Shown here: in pieces, positions 30,517 to 38,074 of the stretch
How positions within the stretch are numbered: position 1 is the first letter of the stretch
How the letters are laid out: each line of letters opens with the position of its first letter
Assembly (NCBI GenBank): GCA_905372445.1
Contig: CAJPPF010000001.1
Location: forward strand, 1 to 48,344
DNA: 48,344 nucleotides
Reading direction: 5' to 3'
Source of the DNA: an uncultured Prevotella sp.
GTDB taxonomy: Bacteria > Bacteroidota > Bacteroidia > Bacteroidales > Bacteroidaceae
Translations under genes and position numbers: made by a program
The notes under the pieces: generated by a model
What the model was told of the DNA's origin: nothing
Databases searched by the model: none
Seen by the model: only the letters and a program-made list of their open reading frames with translations

Positions 30517-31443
30517 TTACTGTTGCGACAGGTCGAGCAGTCGTTTCTTGTTCCACAGACCATAGACCGCGCTTACCGTATCTGACGACATGAACGACTT
30601 TATCTTCTCATTGTGCATATAGTCGATAAGGCTTGAGAAGTCGTCTTCGTTAAGTATGGTCTCCACCCGCACACGTTTCTTTTTTTCGTATCCGCCTATC
30701 ACCTCGTGGAGTGTCACGCCACGCTTGATATTGTTGAGTATGAAGTCAACAATCTTTTCATGCTCGTCAGTGATGATGTGCACTCGTATCTTCTGGTTGA
30801 TGCTTGCCATGAAATAGTTGACTATAAGTCCGTTGAGCCATGTGCCTATCAGACCTATGATGACAAGCTTGGCAGGATTGATGAGTATGGCAGAGCAACA
30901 AATCAGTCCTCCGCCAATAGTTACTGATGTGCCGAGGCTTATGTGCAGATACTTATTGATGATTTTCGCCATGATGTCCAGTCCTCCGGTTGAGGCGTTG
31001 ATGCTGAACAGAATACTCTGCGATGCGCTCAAAACAAGCACAAAAGCCAAAAGGTCGAACCAAGGATTTAGTATAACCTGCCCCGTGCCTTCTATTGTTT
31101 CTGCAAAAAACGACTGATCCACAGGGCATATCTTGCCGATTAAGTCGACCATAGGACCGAGAATCAATGCCGTGTAGACTGTTTTCACCCCGAACTCGTT
31201 GCCGATAAGCAGAAAAGCAAGGACAAGGAGAATGGCATTGATGATAAAGATGTAGGTTCCTACTGACACTACTGGGATGAGCTTTGCGAAGACTAACGAG
31301 AGTCCGGTTATTGAACCGATGATGAGCTTACTTGGTATTAGAAAGTAATATACTGCTATGGCGGCAACAAACATACCTGCCGTGAGTATAAATAACTCTA
31401 TCCAGAATTTCTTAGTTGCTAACAATGAAAGTATTTGTTTCAT
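30517..31443 (-). CDS. YitT family membrane protein (DUF161 + DUF2179)
   Basis: ASTGGLDI motif, multi-TM region, RGVT..GGY C-terminal domain. Confidence 0.85.
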   Translation of the reverse strand: MKQILSLLATKKFWIELFILTAGMFVAAIAVYYFLIPSKLIIGSITGLSLVFAKLIPVVSVGTYIFIINAILLVLAFLLIGNEFGVKTVYTALILGPMVDLIGKICPVDQSFFAETIEGTGQVILNPWFDLLAFVLVLSASQSILFSINASTGGLDIMAKIINKYLHISLGTSVTIGGGLICCSAILINPAKLVIIGLIGTWLNGLIVNYFMASINQKIRVHIITDEHEKIVDFILNNIKRGVTLHEVIGGYEKKKRVRVETILNEDDFSSLIDYMHNEKIKSFMSSDTVSAVYGLWNKKRLLDLSQQ

Positions 31444-31493
31444 GTTTTTATTCTTGTATAGGTGATTGTATAGGTGTTATTCTTTAGGCAATA

Positions 31494-31527
31494 AAGGGAG
31501 ACCCTCGACTGTACGAGAATCTCCCTT
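31494..31527 (-). terminator. Hairpin between gdhA and the YitT gene
   Basis: AAGGGAGACCCTCG-ACTGTA-CGAGAATCTCCCTT imperfect stem. Confidence 0.55.
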
Positions 31528-31600
31528 ATAATAGAAATCTTTAAGCCATCGGATAAGACGTCATGCTCTCCGCGCACTTGTAAAGTGTGAATTATCAAGC

Positions 31601-31717
31601 TATTATACTATACCTTGTGCCATCATCGCGGAAAAGTCCTTGGCTGCGCTGTCGCTACGCCGAGCTTGTTCGCTTGTGATGGCAGGTATATTATACTACA
31701 CCTTGTGCCATCATCGC
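31601..31717. repeat. 29-bp duplication of the gdhA 3' end around a 59-bp insert
   Basis: TATTATACTA(T/C)ACCTTGTGCCATCATCGC at 31601..31629 and 31689..31717. Confidence 0.9.
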
Positions 31718-33028
31718 TTTTGCAACCTTCATGAAGCCGGCGATGTTTGCACCTTTCACATAGTTTACATAGCCGTCAGTCTGGCGACCGTACTGCTCGC
31801 AAGCCTCGTGAATGCCATGCATTATCTTATGCAGACGCTCGTCAACTTCCTCGTTTGACCAGCTGAGACGCTCTGAGTTCTGTGTCATCTCAAGACCGGA
31901 TGTTGCAACACCACCGGCGTTTACAGCCTTGCCTGGTGCGAAAATCATCTTTGCTTCGATGAACTTGTCGACAGCCTCTGCCGTGCAACCCATGTTACTT
32001 ACTTCTGCTACAAGGAGAGTACCGTTCTTGATAAGCTTATCTGCGTCTTCGCCTGATACCTCGTTCTGTGTAGCGCAAGGCAGTGCGATGTCAACTTTCT
32101 GTTCCCAAGGACGACGACCGGCAAAGAATGTTGCCTCCGGATACTTCTCTGCATAAGGAGCACAGATATCGTTGCCTGAAGCACGAAGCTCGAGCATATA
32201 TTCAATCTTCTCACCTGCTATACCTGTCGGGTCATAGATGTAGCCGTCAGGACCAGAGATAGTGACAACCTTGCCACCCAGTTCTGTTGCTTTCTTTGCT
32301 GCACCCCAAGCCACATTACCAAAGCCTGACAGAGCAATTGTCTTGCCCTTGAGGTCGATGTTGTGGGTCTGGCACATCTGGTTCACGAAGTAAAGAGCGC
32401 CATAACCGGTTGCTTCCGGACGGATGCGGCTGCCGCCCCATTCGAGACCCTTACCCGTGAGAACACCCTGGAACTGATGTGTGAGCTTCTTATACATGCC
32501 GAAGAGGTAACCGATTTCGCGTGCACCAACACCGATATCACCAGCAGGAACGTCCTCGTCAGGACCGATATGACGATAGAGCTCGGTCATGAAAGAATGG
32601 CAGAAACGCATAACTTCTGCATCGCTCTTACCACGTGGTGAGAAATCAGAACCACCCTTACCACCACCCATAGGAAGTGTTGTAAGAGCATTCTTGAATG
32701 TCTGCTCGAAACCGAGGAACTTCAATATTGAAAGGTTTACTGATGCGTGGAAGCGAAGACCGCCCTTGTAAGGACCAATGGCAGAGTTGAACTGTACGCG
32801 GTAGCCAATGTTCACCTGTACGTCGCCCTTGTCGTCAACCCATGGCACACGGAAAGTGATGATACGCTCTGGCTCTACCAAGCGCTCAATAATACTTGCC
32901 TTTTCAAATTCAGGGTGCTGGTTATACACTTCTTCTACAGATAGTAGCACCTCACGAACTGCCTGAAGATACTCTAACTCACCTGGATGCTTCTGTTCCA
33001 GCTGCTGCATGATGTTATTTACATTCAT
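31691..33028 (-). CDS. gdhA: NAD(P)-specific glutamate dehydrogenase
   Basis: GPYKGGLRFH, MGGGKGGSDF, DVPAGDIGVG, RPEATGYG, GFGNV. Confidence 0.96.
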   Translation of the reverse strand: MNVNNIMQQLEQKHPGELEYLQAVREVLLSVEEVYNQHPEFEKASIIERLVEPERIITFRVPWVDDKGDVQVNIGYRVQFNSAIGPYKGGLRFHASVNLSILKFLGFEQTFKNALTTLPMGGGKGGSDFSPRGKSDAEVMRFCHSFMTELYRHIGPDEDVPAGDIGVGAREIGYLFGMYKKLTHQFQGVLTGKGLEWGGSRIRPEATGYGALYFVNQMCQTHNIDLKGKTIALSGFGNVAWGAAKKATELGGKVVTISGPDGYIYDPTGIAGEKIEYMLELRASGNDICAPYAEKYPEATFFAGRRPWEQKVDIALPCATQNEVSGEDADKLIKNGTLLVAEVSNMGCTAEAVDKFIEAKMIFAPGKAVNAGGVATSGLEMTQNSERLSWSNEEVDERLHKIMHGIHEACEQYGRQTDGYVNYVKGANIAGFMKVAKAMMAQGVV

Positions 33029-33414
33029 AGCTTGACTTGTGATTTATAGGTTTGTAGTTTACAAAATGTTATTGATTCTGATGCAAATATAGTTCATCTA
33101 TATGAAACCACCAAAGAAAATCACAATAATTTTTATTGCGATAATACAAAATGTCAGGCGCTTGCCTTTATTTCTCAAAACGTTTATTTACAATATGATA
33201 GTTTATTGTTGATGTTTTTACATTATCAATACTAATTTACCGACGTAAATAGTAAAATTATAATTAAAAGCTGCGTTTTGATTATTAGTGCGTAGCTCGC
33301 AGAATTTTGCGTTAAACCCAAAGCGTCATTATGCTGCGTTATGTCTTTTCTTTGGATTTTTGTCTTCTCTACTATCATTTTTCATTATCTTTGCAAGCAA
33401 AAAATCTTGTGTTT

Positions 33415-34374
33415 ATGACAATCAGCGTTATCGGTAGTGGGAAAATAGTAATGGAAGTTCTTGAGATGTTACGTGCGGATATTCCGACAATAATACCTAT
33501 GTCTATATATGCTCATAGCAACATAGACAATGCCAACAGGATAGCAGTGGAGTTCGGTATTAAAGAGGTATTTAACGACTATGACGAACTGCTGAGCCTT
33601 GATAAATCCGATTTCCTGTATATAGCGAACGTCAATACTGCCCATTATGACTATGCACGTCGTGCGCTGGAGGCTGGACGTAACGTCATAATAGAGAAAC
33701 CGATATGTATGACACTCGCCGAGACGGAGCATCTTGTAAGTCTTGCACGCTCTAAACAACTAATGCTGATTGAAGCTGTCTCGCTGTTGCACATGCCGAA
33801 TATTGAACTGCTTCGTGCAAAACTGTCGGACATCGGACGCGTTCATCTCGTAGAATGTGACTACTCGCAATACTCCAGTCGTTACGATCGTTACATGAAC
33901 GGTGATGTCGCTCCGGCTTTTAATCCCGGGCAAGGAGGAGGGGCGTTGCGCGACCTGAACGTGTACAACATCAATTTCGTAATCGCTCTTTTTGGCGCAC
34001 CACGTAATGTGAAGTATGTTGCCAACCGCGGATTCAATGGTGTTGACACCTCTGGCATACTCCTTCTTCAATATACCGACTTCCTATGTGTATGCTCGGC
34101 AGGCAAGGACTGCCACGGTCTGCCTTACGGACAGATACATGGCGAGCGTGGAGTGCTTCGTGTTGATGGACCTGTTAGCGTGCTAAATTCATTCTATACA
34201 GTATGCCATTCGGGTACAAAAAAGCATAATGTCAATACGTTCAAGCATCGTCTTGCCCACGAATTCGCGTCAATAGAGCGTATGTTCATGGCTCGCGATT
34301 ATGCCGCATTCAACCGCTATCAGGACATCTCCCTTGCTGTCATGAAGGTTATAGAAGAGGCAAGCGCTGTATAA
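33415..34374 (+). CDS. Gfo/Idh/MocA family oxidoreductase
   Basis: IGSGKI Rossmann motif, IIEKP, GGGALRDLNVY; TATCTTTG box at 33386..33393 supports ATG 33415. Confidence 0.88.
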   Translation: MTISVIGSGKIVMEVLEMLRADIPTIIPMSIYAHSNIDNANRIAVEFGIKEVFNDYDELLSLDKSDFLYIANVNTAHYDYARRALEAGRNVIIEKPICMTLAETEHLVSLARSKQLMLIEAVSLLHMPNIELLRAKLSDIGRVHLVECDYSQYSSRYDRYMNGDVAPAFNPGQGGGALRDLNVYNINFVIALFGAPRNVKYVANRGFNGVDTSGILLLQYTDFLCVCSAGKDCHGLPYGQIHGERGVLRVDGPVSVLNSFYTVCHSGTKKHNVNTFKHRLAHEFASIERMFMARDYAAFNRYQDISLAVMKVIEEASAV

Positions 34375-34879
34375 ACCTTAAGCGAATGACCGTATTTGGA
34401 ATAAACTGACACGTTCATTCTATGCGAGTTCGGTATAAGAAAGTTCTTGTAACAGTTGCAGATATCTTGTCAAGAACAGGCGTATGTAAATAAAAATCAT
34501 CATCACGATTTTAAGCGAAATAGAAAATCAAAAGCAACGATTTGCCAAGTCAGCACGGCATAAAACCGTGTTTTCAAGAACCAACAAGAGCTAAAAACTG
34601 TCTAATTCCATGCTTTTTCGCTCAAAAAGCGGCGGTTCTTTATGATAAAAACAGCGGTTTCATCGGCAAGAAACGTAGGAATCAGTTTCAAGAAACGGCG
34701 GTTCTTGAAACTTATTCGTCTTGTTGTATACATCAAAATGTTCTATTTTGCTGATTACCAATGCCTTGTGCGTAACACCAAAAATAAGAGTTTTTCGTCA
34801 ACGAACGACAACGCGCCTGCAAATATTGGCTGTATGCATGCTTAGAACAGCCTTTTTGTTAAGTTTATTCGCATAAACT

Positions 34880-34979
34880 GTAGGGGCGTGATTTATCACG
34901 TTCCATCTTGGTAATCACGTCGCAACGTCTGTTGGATTATTTTTTTTGGATTTCGGAACGTGATAAATCACGCCCCTAC
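34880..34979. repeat. REP doublet (family B), perfect 25-bp arms
   Basis: GTAGGGGCGTGATTTATCACGTTCC (34880..34904) / GGAACGTGATAAATCACGCCCCTAC (34955..34979). Confidence 0.92.
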
Positions 34980-35051
34980 GCTGGTGCGTGCCGTTTTATT
35001 TACATATACTGATGTATACTTTCCGTGTTTATAATTGATGTTGCGTCAGCC

Positions 35052-35268
35052 GTAGGGGCGTGATTTATCACGTTCCGCCATTGCAATAAAAACTTTATAT
35101 TTGCACATGTTATGTAAGGTTGCTGTCATTTACCGTGATGCTTGCTGAGCTTTAATCTTTACCATCCGTTTTGTTTTGACATTTGTTACAGTGTGGCAAG
35201 GCTGTAGTCATTTGCTGGTACATTTGCGGAGGTTGTGCAATGCGGAACGTGATAAATCACGCCCCTAC
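35052..35268. repeat. REP doublet (family B), perfect arms with long spacer
   Basis: Same 25-mer at 35052..35076 and inverted at 35244..35268. Confidence 0.92.
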
Positions 35269-35381
35269 GCTGGCGCATGCCGGTTGTTTTATGAATTCTT
35301 ATCCCGAACTGAGATATTATTCTGCTTTGTGTTCAGCTTTTCTTTTACTGTCGGCAACGATTCCGACTATACAGGTGGGCG

Positions 35382-36032
35382 TTACTTTGTTGTCACTACG
35401 AGTGTCTTACCTGCACGGAAGTCTGCATCGTTGACAAGATATCCCTTTATCTTCTTTCCACCAGAAGTGATATCGGTGATTTTTCTGCCCTTGCCATGGC
35501 GTTCAATGATGAAGTTGCGTGCAGGAGAAGCCACGGTGATGCGGTCGAAAGTGTAGCGATGATAACCGCAGCGGAGTGTTGATGTGAGTTCTACGTCAAT
35601 ATCGTAGTCGTCGAGATGAACGCGATAGTAGCCCGGATGAGCTTCTTCGTTGTCGTGTGAAAACGTCGAAGCAAAGTTGTCGACTTTAATGCGTCTGCTT
35701 GCTACAGGCATGAATGGCACGTGCAGGAGGTTCCAATGTCCCTTGTTTGTGTGTGCAAAGCCACATATCGTCTTGTCCTCATACTGATAGCCGGAGCCGC
35801 TGTGATACTGTGTGACCGGCGAAAGTTGCACCATTGCATTAGGGAGGCTCACGCCGGGAAATGTCTCTCCTCCCCATGTACGCGTCTTTCGATGGCGTTC
35901 ATAGTGCAGGTCGGCTTTGTCCCAGAGTGTTGTTGTGCCGAGGAAAGGGTTAACATAGTCTGTCAGATTCTGCGCGTGTAAGTCTGTAGATGATGCATAG
36001 ATAAGTGCTAGGATAATGAAAAAAGTCTTCAT
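35382..36032 (-). pseudogene. GH92 alpha-1,2-mannosidase with large in-frame internal deletion
   Basis: N-terminal GH92 motifs (YVNPFLGT, TFPG...P.AMVQLSP, GYQY.D..I.GF.HT, EEAHPGYY.V.L, HRYTF) joined directly to a C-terminal-like tail (FDRITV...); 216 aa versus the usual ~700+; catalytic barrel absent. Confidence 0.75.
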
Positions 36033-36088
36033 AAATTTTGTGTATTCAGTTATTTTGCGTACTTTTGCAGTCGATTGCGATAAGGAAT

Positions 36089-36170
36089 GCGCCTGTGGCG
36101 AAACTGGTAGACGCGCCAGACTTAGGATCTGGTGTCTTGCGATGTGCAGGTTCGAGTCCTGTCAGGCGCA
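36089..36170 (+). tRNA. tRNA-Leu (TAG)
   Basis: GCGCCTG acceptor stem, CCAGA-CTTAGGA-TCTGG anticodon arm, long variable arm, GGTTCGAGTCC; TACTTTTG box at 36060..36067. Confidence 0.97.
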
Positions 36171-36174
36171 CGAT

Positions 36175-36202
36175 AAGAGAGTTCTTCGGAACTCTTTTTT
36201 TT
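36175..36202 (+). terminator. Intrinsic terminator after tRNA-Leu
   Basis: AGAGTTC-TTCG-GAACTCT followed by a T-run. Confidence 0.85.
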
Positions 36203-36265
36203 GTGTTTACAGTCTGCGAGTTGCCGTTGCCGGCAGCGTGGATAACAGATGATTACTCCACATTA

Positions 36266-37273
36266 TTATATTGACATCTGCCGTGCTTTCTCTATGATTG
36301 TGTCTAAGCCATGCAACATGTCTAAGTCTTTCATAGAGCAGTACACATCAGGCTCAATGCCATTCTCCGTTGATATGCCGTCGGCGTCATACATCGGACA
36401 TGCCGAGAACCTCACTCCCCAGCCGTTTGGCAGCTCACTTGAGAACGGCAGTCCTGCTCCGCCTCCGGTTCTATCACCTATGACGACGGCGTTAGGGCAT
36501 CGTTTCATATACTTCACGAACTCGTTTGCCGCAGAGAATACTCCACGATTGGTGAGCACGAAGACAGGCTTCTGCCAACGTATATATGAGCTTGGCTCAA
36601 TATACTGCTCCTGTAGTTTAGAGAAATCGTTATGTCCGCGCCCAGTCTTATGCTGCATATAACCGACAAGGGTCTTCTTGTTGACGAATCGTGACGCAAG
36701 GATCTCCGCCGAAGTCATCATACCTCCACCATTTTCGCGCACATCGATGATAAGGCTGCGGCATGACATGAAGTGAAAGAGAATATCGTCGATATTTCCA
36801 TTGCCCGGCTGGCTGCCAAACGACGGGATACGCATGTAGCCGATGTTGTCGTCGAGTATCTTATAGTATATACCTGCAGCGATGCGATAGTCTGTACCTA
36901 TATATCTTTTATATAAGGTCTCGTCGAAGTTTACAGGGTAGTCTTCTTTCCACGACCAGTTGCGTCCGATATCGAAAGCGGAATACAGATTCACATGTCC
37001 GTCGCGCAGTTCGCCGAGCATTTTTGTAAGTACTTCAAACAGCTGTTCGCTATTTGCACCTGCTACCTGTGGTGCATAACGGGCGTGTACCTCCTGCCAG
37101 TCTACTCCGAGAGACTGCTTCTTCAGGTCGAAGAAGCAATAATGTTCGTCCATTATTTTCCATAATGCTTCGAAGTTGCCGCTGTTATCGTCGTTGAACT
37201 GCTCTTCGTCTATACAGCTGACGGTACACACCGACAGAGCCAACAGACAGAGAACGGCAAATATTTCTTTCAT
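36266..37273 (-). CDS. S41 family peptidase, lipoprotein
   Basis: Lipobox (TVSC), LRDGH, IIDVRENGGG, FSAANEF, GIEPD; ATG 37273 preferred. Confidence 0.88.
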   Translation of the reverse strand: MKEIFAVLCLLALSVCTVSCIDEEQFNDDNSGNFEALWKIMDEHYCFFDLKKQSLGVDWQEVHARYAPQVAGANSEQLFEVLTKMLGELRDGHVNLYSAFDIGRNWSWKEDYPVNFDETLYKRYIGTDYRIAAGIYYKILDDNIGYMRIPSFGSQPGNGNIDDILFHFMSCRSLIIDVRENGGGMMTSAEILASRFVNKKTLVGYMQHKTGRGHNDFSKLQEQYIEPSSYIRWQKPVFVLTNRGVFSAANEFVKYMKRCPNAVVIGDRTGGGAGLPFSSELPNGWGVRFSACPMYDADGISTENGIEPDVYCSMKDLDMLHGLDTIIEKARQMSI

Positions 37274-37274
37274 T

Positions 37275-38045
37275 TTAATATACATATCCAATTACTATGC
37301 CTCGTGTGATATTGTTGTGCTTCAAGTTATTAAGTTCCGACTGACGAATATCGCCGAAGTATCCTACGCGTATTGCGCTGTCATTATTACCCAGAGGAAT
37401 GTCGATTGTCAACTGATGTGTGAACGACGGCGCATTGAATGGGTGCGTCAGACAGATGTTGTTGTCGTAGTTGCCACGTGAGAAAATCTCATAGTATGAC
37501 TGTCCGTATGCTGGCGAGAACTGTGTACCGATGAGCGGAACAGAACATTTGTACGTCAGCCAGAAGCTGCGTCCCCACAATTCTATGAGGTAATCAATCT
37601 TTGCTGTCGGCGCTATGTTAAGCCCGGTGTGGAGCTGTGCAGGGTTGTTTCCGTTACGTGTATTGTAAATTCCGCCTAAGAATGCCTCCGCCGCACCACC
37701 AAGACTGATTAATAAGTTATAGTCGGTGAACCATGTTCTGTACAGTGCGAACTTCAGCATGTACTCTCCTGCGAGCATCTTTGCGTTCTCAGAACGTGGC
37801 TCCGTCTTTGAGAATGAGCCTTGTTGTGTCCACTCATGATGAAAGCCCATTCCCTTGTGGGTAATGATATTATTGTGTATGATACGCATTTCTGTGCCTG
37901 TGTATCGTTCGGGAGAGAGATATGTGTCGAGCTGTGAGGAACGTCCCATACCAATCATTATTGCCTGTTCCTGTGCATTCATAGGAAGTACGAACAGCAG
38001 TGATAGCAGGAATGTATTGATTACACGTTTTATTTCGTTTGGCAT
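37275..38045 (-). CDS. DUF3316 family outer-membrane protein
   Basis: LDTYLSP, GGIYNTRNGNNPAQ, FSPAYGQSYYEIF motifs. Confidence 0.75.
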   Translation of the reverse strand: MPNEIKRVINTFLLSLLFVLPMNAQEQAIMIGMGRSSQLDTYLSPERYTGTEMRIIHNNIITHKGMGFHHEWTQQGSFSKTEPRSENAKMLAGEYMLKFALYRTWFTDYNLLISLGGAAEAFLGGIYNTRNGNNPAQLHTGLNIAPTAKIDYLIELWGRSFWLTYKCSVPLIGTQFSPAYGQSYYEIFSRGNYDNNICLTHPFNAPSFTHQLTIDIPLGNNDSAIRVGYFGDIRQSELNNLKHNNITRGIVIGYVY

Positions 38046-38074
38046 TTCTGTTGTTTTATTATTTGTAATTATGG

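Larger units (their letters stand above)
34422..35315 (-). mobile_element. Composite non-coding element C, copy 2 (two REPINs, no MITE A)
   Basis: Ends ATGCGAGTTCGGTATAAGAA / TTCTTATCCCGAACTGAGAT; inverted homolog of 25238..26105. Confidence 0.75.

Noticed and set aside
31454..31476. TTGTATAGGTG tandem duplication upstream of the YitT gene
   Set aside because: Two 11-bp copies only; compatible with simple slippage.
34880..35268. REP palindromes as parS sites near parAB
   Set aside because: They do not match the TGTTTCACGTGAAACA consensus and occur as GTAG-flanked inverted doublets; no parS was spotted in the window.
36089..36265. Genomic island at tRNA-Leu or tRNA-Gln
   Set aside because: No integrase and no duplicated tRNA 3' end seen in the window.
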